This document shows positions 12,415 through 21,478 of a stretch of 64,000 nucleotides of DNA, piece after piece (position 1 is the first letter of the stretch; each line of letters opens with the position of its first letter). A program made the translations under genes and the position numbers. Source of the stretch: Myxococcota bacterium (GTDB lineage Bacteria > Myxococcota_A > UBA9160 > UBA4427); assembly GCA_965250285.1 (NCBI GenBank), contig OZ252299.1:5024001-5088000 (forward strand). Direction: 5' to 3'. A model generated the notes under the pieces. That model made no database searches, was not told the DNA's origin, and was given only the letters and a program-made list of their open reading frames with translations.

Positions 12415-12926
12415 GTGATTGCCTCTTTCCCCTGTCTCGTGTCTCGTGTCTCGGTCTCGAGACGCGTGTCTCGACGACTGGACGCCTCGGCGTTCTTCGA
12501 GATCGAGTTCGTGGTTTGCCCGTCGAGCCCCGACCGCGATCAGCGCTCGGGTCGATCGAGCATGCTTTCCCTGGTTGAAGGGCGACCGGACGAGAGAGAT
12601 CCCGAAGTCGGCCGCCGTCGTTCGACCCGCACGACGCGTGACATGCGCTTCCACTTCGTTACATGGCTGCAGCGAGGCGAAACGAGTCGCGCTGGTTCAC
12701 CGCACCCCTCCGTGCGGAGCCCCTACCTATCACGAATGCAAACGTCGATGCATGTGAATCGAAGGCGCGACACAGAAAAACGATCACACCCCCGTGTTGG
12801 TTCACCACAGCGTGGACGTTTTCCATGAGTGGACGAGCATGCACCGAAGCGCAGCGCTCTTGCACGCGAGCTGCCGTTTCTAGTGATGGATGAAGCGTGT
12901 CATCGCCTGGTTGAGTCGGGAAGAAA

Positions 12927-13910
12927 TCAAGTGTCTTCGGGCGATGCGGCGTCTCCGGGAAGCGAGATCGGCAGCGACTCGATCGCTTCACGGTCCTCGG
13001 GCGTCAAGCCGGAGAAGCGTTCACGCAGCTGGTCGACGAGCTCGTTCGAAGGGACGCTGATCTCTTCGGATCCGGCCTGACCCTCGACGTCGGCCACGAT
13101 CGTGTCGGCCGTGACGAGCTCTTTCAGAATGCGACCCGCGGCATCGGGCTCGCCGATGGCAATGCCATTGATCCCGACGATGCGGTCTCCGTTCTGCAGA
13201 CCGATCGCCTCGTAGAAGCTGCCGCGTTCGATGTCTTCGATCTCGATGGCGACGAGCGCATCGCCTTCCCACTGCGCGCTCACGCGCCCTTCGGCGAAGA
13301 GCCCGTCGCCCTCGATGCGATGACCCGAGCCGGGCCCGGCCTGCATGCGCGCGCGCAGCCGATCGACGAGGTCGGCGCGGCGCGCGCGCTCTTCGGGCGA
13401 CAACCGGCGCGCGGGCGCTGCGCGAACGGCCTCGAGGAACGCCTCGGCGAGCGGATCGAGATGGCTCGACGTGGTGAAGCGCACGCGCTGGCCCGCGTGT
13501 ACGACGTCGGCGAACTCCTGACCGATCTCGACCACGTGCACGTCGGCCAAGAACGAAACCGGCTCGCCGACGCTCACGAGCTCGCTGTCGGTGCCGTCGC
13601 GCCGCGCGACGGCGGCGAACGACCGGGCCCGGTCGCGTCGCACCACGGTGGCGACCAGCCGAAGATCGAGCTCGATGGGCGAGGTGGGCGCAACCGTCTC
13701 TCGCGTCGCCGGGCGAGACGGCACGGTGGGGGCGGTCGCTTGCGACGTCGGTGTGCGAACGGCGGCCGAGATCGGCGCCTCGGCTCGGGTCGGTGCGGCT
13801 GGGGTGCGGTCTCGCCAGAGCCAGACAGCCCCGCCCGCCAGGGCCATGCCGATCAGAATGGCCGAAACGACGGCCCGCCCGGACTCGGTTCGACGCTGGG
13901 TGCGCTTCAT
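12927..13910 (-). CDS. Type II secretion GspC-like protein with C-terminal PDZ domain
   Basis: N-terminal TM, LRLVATVV...SFAAV homology-region-like segment, PDZ motif GSFYEAIGLQNGDRIVGINGI; GGAGG RBS. Confidence 0.7.
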   Translation of the reverse strand: MKRTQRRTESGRAVVSAILIGMALAGGAVWLWRDRTPAAPTRAEAPISAAVRTPTSQATAPTVPSRPATRETVAPTSPIELDLRLVATVVRRDRARSFAAVARRDGTDSELVSVGEPVSFLADVHVVEIGQEFADVVHAGQRVRFTTSSHLDPLAEAFLEAVRAAPARRLSPEERARRADLVDRLRARMQAGPGSGHRIEGDGLFAEGRVSAQWEGDALVAIEIEDIERGSFYEAIGLQNGDRIVGINGIAIGEPDAAGRILKELVTADTIVADVEGQAGSEEISVPSNELVDQLRERFSGLTPEDREAIESLPISLPGDAASPEDT

Positions 13911-14304
13911 CGTGCCTCCGAGGAGGCCGGATCATGACACGTCCGGCCGCCGATCCCAGCCTCGTTCGCTCCCTGCGTCGGATTCGCCGATCCGCTGCGG
14001 CCGGCCCGAAGAGGATCCCCGCGTGGAAACCCGCGCCGGGCTGCGCAGGGGATGCGCACGTTCTGCGACGGCGCTGCGCATCGGCAGGGGTGCTTGCACC
14101 GGCAACTTCTCGCGAAGTGCCGCTCGGATCAAACGTCACCGGATCGGCGTCACTTCGTTCAAGCGGTCTCCACGCACCTCCGATGAGATGAGCGCCCGGT
14201 CGGGTCCCCGGTGTCGTCGAAGCAAGCGACGAGACCGATTCGGCATCGGGCCTCGAAGATCGAGTGGCCCGCCTCGTGCGGACCAGACGGAGGAAGCCGC
14301 GAAG

Positions 14305-15180
14305 GTGTTGCGACTCATTGCCTGCCAGACCTGTCACACGCAGTACGACGTGACGCACATCGCCGCGTCGACGGTGACGTGTCGGTGTGGCGAGGAGATC
14401 GAGAACCGCAGCTTCGACGGCGTCGAGGCGATGGTGCATCGCTGCGGCAGCTGTGGTGCCCAGGTCGCCGCCGATGCCGACGCCTGTAGCTACTGCGGCA
14501 GCGAGATCTGCCGCGACGCCGCGAAGCTCTCGCTGATCTGCCCAGAGTGCTTCGCGCGCAACGAGGAGCACTCGCGTTTCTGCACGGCATGTGGCGTCTC
14601 GTTCTCGCCCGAGCAGGTCGTTCTCGATCTGCCCGAGCTGCCCTGCCCCGTGTGCACGACGCTGATGCCCGTGCGGGGGATCGCCGGCATCGGCATCAAC
14701 GAGTGCCCGAGCTGCAACGGCATCTGGGTGCCCGAAGATCGCTTTGACGAGCTGGTGACGAAGGCCTGCGAGGCCGCACGCCAGAAGGACGTCGCGCGTC
14801 TGGGCGTCGACGCCCGGCGGGCGGGCGGCAATCCACGCGACACGGCGGTGCAGTACCGCAAGTGTCCGGCCTGCGACGGCTTCATGCAGCGCGCGAACTT
14901 TCAGAAGCGGTCGGGTGTGATCATCGATCGCTGCCACAACCACGGCACGTGGCTCGATGCAGATGAGCTCGAGGCCATCGCCGGGTTCATTCTCGAAGGC
15001 GGGATGAGCTCGGATCAGTATCTGGCACAGCAGCGCGAGAAGGCGCGGCTGCGCGACCGCAGCCAGGCGGCGCTCGAGCGGGCGCAGAAGGGGGAGTCGA
15101 TCGCGATCGACGTCCCCGATCGGCGCGGCAGCTTCGTCGGCGAGCTCTTCGTGGACGTCTTGAAAGAGCTGCTCACCTGA
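14305..15180 (+). CDS. Multi-zinc-ribbon protein (double zinc ribbon plus two zf-TFIIB-like domains)
   Basis: Ten Cys/His knuckles; IDRCHNHGTWLDADEL and CPSCNGIW motifs; GGAGG RBS before GTG. Confidence 0.8.
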   Translation: MLRLIACQTCHTQYDVTHIAASTVTCRCGEEIENRSFDGVEAMVHRCGSCGAQVAADADACSYCGSEICRDAAKLSLICPECFARNEEHSRFCTACGVSFSPEQVVLDLPELPCPVCTTLMPVRGIAGIGINECPSCNGIWVPEDRFDELVTKACEAARQKDVARLGVDARRAGGNPRDTAVQYRKCPACDGFMQRANFQKRSGVIIDRCHNHGTWLDADELEAIAGFILEGGMSSDQYLAQQREKARLRDRSQAALERAQKGESIAIDVPDRRGSFVGELFVDVLKELLT

Positions 15181-15257
15181 GCGCGCGGGATTGACATCGA
15201 CTCCAGCAGAGACGGCGAGCGCCGCGGGCCGAATCTGCGACACGCGAAAGGAATGAC

Positions 15258-16382
15258 ATGAGCAACATGATGGACAAGCTCCGAGCCGAACTGATCGACA
15301 TCGTCGAGTGGATCGACGACAGCCGCCACACGCTGGTCTGGCGCTTCCCGCGCTACCACAACCAGATCAAGCATGGCGCTCAGCTGATCGTGCGCCCGGG
15401 GCAGTCCGCCGTGCTCGTGAGTCAGGGACGGATCGCCGACGTGTTCGGCCCGGGTCAGTATCGCCTCGAGACCAAGAACCTGCCGATCCTGTCGACCCTG
15501 ATGGGCTGGAAGTACGGCTTCGACAGCCCCTTCAAGGCCGAGGTCTACTTCGTCAGCACGAAGCAGCTGACCGACATGAAGTGGGGCACGCCGAACCCGG
15601 TCATCATGCGCGATCCCGACTTCGGGCCGGTGCGCCTGCGCGCGTTCGGCTCGTACACGATCCGCGCTCTGGACCCGCGGCTGCTCCTCAAGGAGCTCGT
15701 GGGGACCGACCAGGAGTTCGAGGCCGACGAGGTGAGCGAATTGCTTCGCTCGATCATCAACATGGCGTTCGCCGACGTGGTCGCGAGCGCGAACCTCTCG
15801 GTCGTCGATCTGGCGTCGAACTACGCCGATCTCTCCGAGCAGGTCCGCCAGGCCGTGGTCGAGCGCATCGACGACGAGTTCGGCCTCGAGATTCCGCAGC
15901 TCTACATCGTGAACGTGTCGCTGCCGCCCGAGGTCGAGAAGGCGCTCGACGCGCGCAGCGGCATGGGCATGGTCGGTGACCTGCAGCGCTTCCAGGCCTA
16001 CCAGATCGGCCAGGCGATCCCCGACGCGGCGGCGAACCCCGCCGGCGGCATCGCCGGTGCCGGCCTCGGCGTGGGCATGGGCATGGCCATGGCCGGGCCG
16101 ATGATGGGCCAGATGGGCCAGGCCGGGGGCGCCGGTGCTCCGCCGAGCGGCAGTCCGCCCCCGATGCCGGCCCCGGCCAGCTGGTGGTTCGCCGAGAATG
16201 GTCAGCAGGTGGGCCCGGCAACGTTCGATCAGCTCGCTCAGGCCGTCGCCGCGGGGCGCCTCACGCCGGCCACGCTCGTCTGGAGCCAGGGCATGCCGGC
16301 CTGGCAGGCCGCGCAGCAGACGCCGCAGCTCGCGTCGCTCTTCGCTGCCGCCGGCCCGCCGCCCGTCCCGCCGGTCGAGTAG
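15258..16382 (+). CDS. SPFH/band-7 protein (YdjI-like) with C-terminal GYF_2/DUF4339 domain
   Basis: IDIVEWIDDS..LVWRFP, SPFKAEVYFV, KWGTPNP; C-terminal NGQQVGP...TLVWSQGMPAW. Confidence 0.9.
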   Translation: MSNMMDKLRAELIDIVEWIDDSRHTLVWRFPRYHNQIKHGAQLIVRPGQSAVLVSQGRIADVFGPGQYRLETKNLPILSTLMGWKYGFDSPFKAEVYFVSTKQLTDMKWGTPNPVIMRDPDFGPVRLRAFGSYTIRALDPRLLLKELVGTDQEFEADEVSELLRSIINMAFADVVASANLSVVDLASNYADLSEQVRQAVVERIDDEFGLEIPQLYIVNVSLPPEVEKALDARSGMGMVGDLQRFQAYQIGQAIPDAAANPAGGIAGAGLGVGMGMAMAGPMMGQMGQAGGAGAPPSGSPPPMPAPASWWFAENGQQVGPATFDQLAQAVAAGRLTPATLVWSQGMPAWQAAQQTPQLASLFAAAGPPPVPPVE

Positions 16383-16494
16383 GCGCAGCGATTCGCGAAC
16401 CAACGAACGGCGCGTCGGGCCAGGCCCGGCGCGCCGTTTCGTCGTCTGGATCCAAGGCGCGCGCGCAGGGCGTCGCGCCGGCTCGGTGGTCGGT

Positions 16495-17844
16495 TCAGCA
16501 GGGTGCCCCGGCCTGCGCCATCCAAGCGGCGTAGCCTTCGGTACAGCCCACCGCCTGCTGGCGCGCCTGCACCCGCCCGAGGGTCTTCTCGATTTCGGCC
16601 GGATCGACCGGGTCGATCGCTTCGAGGTGGGACGCGATGCCTTCGGCCACATCGCTGGCCGCGTCGCTCGGTCGCTCGAGGCTGCGCTCGACGGCGTCGT
16701 CGCCCTCTTCGAGCCCGAGATACTGCTCGACGGCCTCTTCCGAGACGAACTTGGCGTGTTTGCGCGATGCGACGATGTTGCCCTTGCCCGTCACCACGTT
16801 GCCTGCGGCGAAGAGTGTCGGGAAGCCCTCGATGCGTCCGAAATCCCAGTCGGCATAGTCGATGAGCTCGCCCTTCATGGGCAAGCCTTCGATCGGCTCA
16901 GGGATGCTGCCGATCGAGCTCAGCACCTGCGGGCCGCGGGCTTCATAGGTCTCGTCGGTGGGCACGACGCGGCCGTTCTCGATCTTCGTGCGGCGCAGCA
17001 CGAGCCCGGCGACGCGATCGTCTTCGATGATCAGCGCTTCGGGGGCCGAGCACGGCTCGACCTTGAACATGTACTTGCCCATCGCCTTGTCGAGCATGCG
17101 CTTTCGGCCGGCGTAGACCTTCTCCATCCTCGCTTCGTCGGCGCCGTCGGGTGCGCTCATCACGGGCATGTCTTCGATGCGGCGGCGATAGAAGATCGTC
17201 GCGCCCTCGAGGCCGAGGTCTTCCCAACTGAGGCCGTGCGACTCGAGGATCTTCGGGATGCCCTTCGTCTCGAGCTGCTCGATGTCGCACTCGATGCCGC
17301 GCTCCTTCAGCTTCTCTAGCGTGCCAGTCATGGTGTGGATCTTGGCGACGTCGACCGAGGCAAGCCCGCCGCCCACCACCAGGCTGCCGTCGATGATCGG
17401 GAAGCTCGGCCCATCGTACGACGCGTCTTCGGCGTGATTGAACGCGATCACGAACGGGTTCTGATACAGCAGGCCCTTGCCGACCCACTGGTCGGCTCCC
17501 TCGATCGGCAGCGGCCGGTCGCGCCAGGCCCCGTGCGCCATGACGACGGCGCTGAAGCCCCAGTCGTCGATCAGCTCGCGGAAGCCGATGTCCTCGCCGA
17601 TGGTCGTGTCGGGCACGTAGTAGACGCCGTCGGTCGACAGCTTCGTGTCGATGTTGCCGTATTCCTTGTGGCGCAGACCGACGTGCCAGCGCGGCAGACC
17701 GTCTTCGATCTTTCCGTACGGGCGGGCGTTCTGCTCGAACACGGCGACCGCAATGCCTCGCTCGGCGAGGCGACTCGAGATTTCGGCTCCGGCGGTGGCA
17801 CCGCCGATGACCGCGACGACGTGGCTCGGATTGCTGCGTGTCAT
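16495..17844 (-). CDS. FAD/NAD(P)-dependent oxidoreductase (ferredoxin-NADP reductase/GltD-like)
   Basis: VAVIGGATAG Rossmann motif, PYGKIEDGLPRWH, VVGGGLASVD, FYRRR. Confidence 0.8.
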   Translation of the reverse strand: MTRSNPSHVVAVIGGATAGAEISSRLAERGIAVAVFEQNARPYGKIEDGLPRWHVGLRHKEYGNIDTKLSTDGVYYVPDTTIGEDIGFRELIDDWGFSAVVMAHGAWRDRPLPIEGADQWVGKGLLYQNPFVIAFNHAEDASYDGPSFPIIDGSLVVGGGLASVDVAKIHTMTGTLEKLKERGIECDIEQLETKGIPKILESHGLSWEDLGLEGATIFYRRRIEDMPVMSAPDGADEARMEKVYAGRKRMLDKAMGKYMFKVEPCSAPEALIIEDDRVAGLVLRRTKIENGRVVPTDETYEARGPQVLSSIGSIPEPIEGLPMKGELIDYADWDFGRIEGFPTLFAAGNVVTGKGNIVASRKHAKFVSEEAVEQYLGLEEGDDAVERSLERPSDAASDVAEGIASHLEAIDPVDPAEIEKTLGRVQARQQAVGCTEGYAAWMAQAGAPC

Positions 17845-17956
17845 GGCCCGATGTTCGCAGGAAGCCCGCCGGGCGACAATAGAAGCCGGCCAGGCGACAA
17901 CGGGCGGGAGTCGCCCCGACGGTGGCGACGCGCGCCCTGCTAGCATGGGGTCGAAC

Positions 17957-18032
17957 GGGCCCTTAGCTCAGTGGTCAGAGCAACCGGCTCATAACCGGAT
18001 GGTCCCTGGTTCAAGTCCAGGAGGGCCCACCA
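17957..18032 (+). tRNA. tRNA with CAT anticodon, most likely tRNA-Ile2 (lysidine-modified)
   Basis: Acceptor stem GGGCCCT/AGGGCCC, D arm, CTCATAA loop, TTCAAGT T-loop, encoded CCA; lacks initiator features and resembles known Ile2 tRNAs; extended -10 TGcTAGCAT at 17938-17946. Confidence 0.93.
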
Positions 18033-18094
18033 TCTCGTCCTCGTCTGATCGTCCTCGTCTGAAGAGATCGGCTGTGAACCTCGGCGGCGAACGA

Positions 18095-18712
18095 ATGAAA
18101 GTGCGCTCGGGCCGGCACGCACCGGGGCGCTCCAGGGTCTTCTCCGGGCCAGGCGCGCGAGGGCGCTCTCGCCGTGCGCGACCGCGCCGCTGGCTCGCCG
18201 CGGCGCTGCTCTGCATGGCCGCGGGCGGGTCTGCTTGTGGGGGCAGCACGCCGACCGGCCCCCGCTTCACCCCCGAGCCGCCGCCGCAGGCGGGCCGCGC
18301 CCTCGTCTACGTCTACCGAATCGACCGCGTCGCGGGCGTCGGCGCGATCCGAGTGCGGGTGGACGGCGGCAAGACGATCGAGCTTCGAAATGGCGAGTAC
18401 GCGCCGCTCGTACTGCGGTCGGGCGGGCGCAAGCTCGAGCTGACCCTGCCGCTCTTCGGAAGAGTCTCCCGGGGATGGAACTCGTTCCCCTTCATGGCCG
18501 AGTCCGGCGCCACGCAGTTCCTGCGCGTCTGGGCAGGGATGGAAGAGGTCGACCGCGGGCCCGGGGGGCGACCGGACGACTTCGGCGCGCCCGGCCGCGC
18601 GAATCGCTATGCCAGCGTCAACGTGTTCGCTGCGGTCTGGGAGTCGCGCGAATCCGAGCGCGACATTCGCGATCTGCAGCGCGCGCCGGGCGTCCCCAAG
18701 CAGGCTCAATGA
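18095..18712 (+). CDS. Putative lipoprotein (DUF2846-like)
   Basis: Signal ending GGSA-C; GRALVYVYR...VDG...LRNGEY pattern. Confidence 0.65.
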   Translation: MKVRSGRHAPGRSRVFSGPGARGRSRRARPRRWLAAALLCMAAGGSACGGSTPTGPRFTPEPPPQAGRALVYVYRIDRVAGVGAIRVRVDGGKTIELRNGEYAPLVLRSGGRKLELTLPLFGRVSRGWNSFPFMAESGATQFLRVWAGMEEVDRGPGGRPDDFGAPGRANRYASVNVFAAVWESRESERDIRDLQRAPGVPKQAQ

Positions 18713-18775
18713 GCGCCGGCAGACGGGCTGCCGAGCGGTCCGGAACGGCCATCGCCCGACCCCGCTTCACCGCTG

Positions 18776-18799
18776 CAAACCGTTGATTCTGCTACGCTG
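18776..18799. promoter_or_regulatory. IHF-consensus site next to a putative extended -10 promoter
   Basis: Minus strand AATCAACGGTTTG matches WATCAANNNNTTR; TGcTACGCT follows on the plus strand. Confidence 0.35.
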
Positions 18800-18820
18800 G
18801 GCGCGATTGGGGCCCAGCGC

Positions 18821-19927
18821 ATGAAGAACGACAAGGACCGGTACTGGGACTGCCTCGATCAGGCCATGGAGGCCTCGCATGGGGGCCGCATCGACGAGGC
18901 GCTCGCGTGGCTCGACGAGGCGCTCAAGGCCCATCCTGCCGGCGCCGAGGCGCACAACGGTCGGGGCGAGATCTTGTGGGACGAGGGCCGCCTCGACGAG
19001 GCGCTCTACGAGTTCGGTCGAGCCACGACCGCCGATCCCAAGTTCAGCGCTGCCCACCTGAACCGCATCGAGCTGCTGGTCGAGGAGTTCGGCGAGTTCG
19101 AGACGGCGCTGCGCCACTGCGATGAGCTGCTGGCGGGCCGACCCGAGTTTCCGCGCCTCGATCGCTCGTTCCAGGCCGAGCTCTACTACCTCAAGAGCAA
19201 GGCGCTCTTCTTCCGCGACGACCTCGAGGGCGCGCTGTTTCTCGTGCGCCGCGCGATCAAGGCGATCGGCGATCAGCCGGCCTACGCCGCGTTCGAGGGG
19301 CACGTGCTGTTCGAGATGGGGCGCTTCGAGGAGGCGCGCAAGGTGCTCGAGCAGGCGGCGGCCATGGATCCTGAAGCCCCGCACATCCTCTACAGCCTGG
19401 CCCTCGTCCTCGACCGGATCGGTGCCGAAGAGGAGCCCGCACCAGGCGACGATCGACCTGCCGAGGACATCGAGGCCGAGCGCAAGGCGCTGGCCGAGTT
19501 CGGTCGCAGCGCCTTCGAGCGTGCCAACGCCCTCGAGCCAGGCCAGTACCCGATGCCCACGGAGGTCCCGCTCGAAGAGTTTCGCGCGGTCGTGGCCGAG
19601 GCGATCGACAACCTGCCGCGCTCTGTGCGCGAGTACATCGCCGACGTGCCGGTGCTCGTCGAGGACCACCCCGATCGTCACCTGGTCGAGGTCGAACGCG
19701 TCTCGCCCCAGATCCTGGGCATCTTCGTCGGCGTGCCGCGCACCGAGGCCCAGGTGACCGAGACCGTGCCGTCGCTCGACCGCGTCGTGATCTACAAGCG
19801 CAACCTCGAGCGCATCTGCCGTGATCGTGAAGAGCTCGTCGAGCAGATCCAGATCACCGTCCGGCACGAGATCGGTCACTATCTCGGCCTCGACGAGAAC
19901 GACATGGAGCGCCTCGGGCTGGCCTGA
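18821..19927 (+). CDS. TPR-repeat protein with C-terminal minimal zincin metallopeptidase domain
   Basis: TPR-like helices; ILGIFVGVP...IYKRNLE...TVRHEIGHYLGLDE (HExxH). Confidence 0.88.
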   Translation: MKNDKDRYWDCLDQAMEASHGGRIDEALAWLDEALKAHPAGAEAHNGRGEILWDEGRLDEALYEFGRATTADPKFSAAHLNRIELLVEEFGEFETALRHCDELLAGRPEFPRLDRSFQAELYYLKSKALFFRDDLEGALFLVRRAIKAIGDQPAYAAFEGHVLFEMGRFEEARKVLEQAAAMDPEAPHILYSLALVLDRIGAEEEPAPGDDRPAEDIEAERKALAEFGRSAFERANALEPGQYPMPTEVPLEEFRAVVAEAIDNLPRSVREYIADVPVLVEDHPDRHLVEVERVSPQILGIFVGVPRTEAQVTETVPSLDRVVIYKRNLERICRDREELVEQIQITVRHEIGHYLGLDENDMERLGLA

Positions 19928-19951
19928 CCCGGCGCCCAGCCGAAGTTCCCG

Positions 19952-21478
19952 ATGGCGACCGCACACGAACCGACACCGAGCCCGACGACCGGCACAAGCG
20001 ATGCCGCCACGCGATCACCGCTGGCCGACGCCTTCGTGCGACGGCTCGCCGACGTCGTCGGCCGCGATCAATGCCTCACGACCGACGAGGAGCTCTTCGT
20101 ATACGAGTGCGACGGGCTGACGCTCGACACGGTGCGGCCCGATGTGGTCGTGCTGCCCGCTTCGACCGAAGAGGTGGCGGCCGTCGTCGAGCTCTGCGCC
20201 GAGGCCGCTGTGCCCGTCGTGGCCCGCGGTGCGGGGACGGGGCTCTCGGGTGGTGCGCACCCCGTGCCCGGCGGCATCGTCATCTCACTGGCGCGCATGA
20301 AGGCGATCCTCGAGGTCGACGTCGAGAATCGTCTGGCCGTCGTGCAGCCGGGGCTCGTGAACGCCGACCTCTCGAAGGCCGTGGCCGCGCACGGTCTCTT
20401 CTATGCCCCCGATCCATCGAGTCAGCTCGCCTGTACGATCGGCGGCAACGTCGCCGAGAACTCGGGTGGGCCGCACACTCTGAAGTACGGCACGACCACC
20501 GATCACGTGCGCGCCCTCGAGCTGGTGCGTCCCGACGGCCGAGTCGTGCGCGTCGGCTCGAAGGTCGGGCCCGGGCTCGGGATCGACCTCGTCGGCGCGA
20601 TCGTCGGCAGCGAGGGAACGCTCGGCATCGTGACCGAAGTGACGGTCGAGCTGACGCCCGTGCCCGAGGCGATCGAGACGCTGCTCGCGATCTTTCCCGA
20701 CATCGTCAGCGCGTGTCGATGTGTCGGCGCCGTGACGCTCTCGGGTCTCGTGCCGGCGGCGCTCGAGATCCTCGACCGGCGCACGATCGAGGCCGTCGAA
20801 GCGAGCGTCTACAAGGCCGGCCTGCCCCAGGATGCCGGTGCGGTGCTCATCATCGAGCTCGACGGCGCCGAGTGCGAGCTCGCCGAACAGGTCGAGCTCA
20901 TCGGCCAACTCGCCCGCGACGCGGGCGCCCACGACTTCGAGCGCGCGCGCGACGAGGCCGAACGCCTGCAGTTCTGGAAGGCGCGCAAGGGCGCATTCGG
21001 GGCCATGGGTCGACTCGCCCCCGATCTCTATGTGCACGACGCGGTGGTTCCGAGGTCGAAGCTGCCCGAGGTGCTCGAGCGGGTGTGCGAGATCGGCGAT
21101 CGGTATCGGCTCAAGCTCTCGAACGTGTTCCACGCCGGCGACGGCAACCTGCATCCCAACATCAGCTTCGACCGCCGCGACGCCGACGAGCTCGCGCGCG
21201 TGATCGCGGCCGGCGAAGAGATCCTGCAGCTCTGCGTCGACATGGGGGGCGTCATCACGGGCGAGCATGGCGTCGGCGTCGAGAAGCGCGAGTACATGAA
21301 GCTCGTCTTCGACGACGACGACCTGGCCGCGATGCTGCGGCTGCGAGACGGCCTCGACCCGGAGCGCCGCTTCAACCCGGGCAAGCTGATCCCGACGACG
21401 CGCTTCTGCGCCGAGGCGAATCCGCACGCGCGCGGCTACGACCGGGTCGATTTCGACGAAGAGGCGGTGGACGGGTGA
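19952..21478 (+). CDS. glcD: Glycolate oxidase FAD-linked subunit
   Basis: RGAGTGLSGG, PDPSSQLACTIGGNVAENSGG, HAGDGNLHP, GEHGVG. Confidence 0.9.
   Translation: MATAHEPTPSPTTGTSDAATRSPLADAFVRRLADVVGRDQCLTTDEELFVYECDGLTLDTVRPDVVVLPASTEEVAAVVELCAEAAVPVVARGAGTGLSGGAHPVPGGIVISLARMKAILEVDVENRLAVVQPGLVNADLSKAVAAHGLFYAPDPSSQLACTIGGNVAENSGGPHTLKYGTTTDHVRALELVRPDGRVVRVGSKVGPGLGIDLVGAIVGSEGTLGIVTEVTVELTPVPEAIETLLAIFPDIVSACRCVGAVTLSGLVPAALEILDRRTIEAVEASVYKAGLPQDAGAVLIIELDGAECELAEQVELIGQLARDAGAHDFERARDEAERLQFWKARKGAFGAMGRLAPDLYVHDAVVPRSKLPEVLERVCEIGDRYRLKLSNVFHAGDGNLHPNISFDRRDADELARVIAAGEEILQLCVDMGGVITGEHGVGVEKREYMKLVFDDDDLAAMLRLRDGLDPERRFNPGKLIPTTRFCAEANPHARGYDRVDFDEEAVDG

Noticed and set aside
17957..18032. 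tRNA as an integration site, or as tRNA-Met/fMet
   Set aside because: No duplicated 3' end or integrase seen; the 1-72 pair is Watson-Crick and the three G-C anticodon-stem pairs of initiators are absent, and the sequence fits Ile2 best
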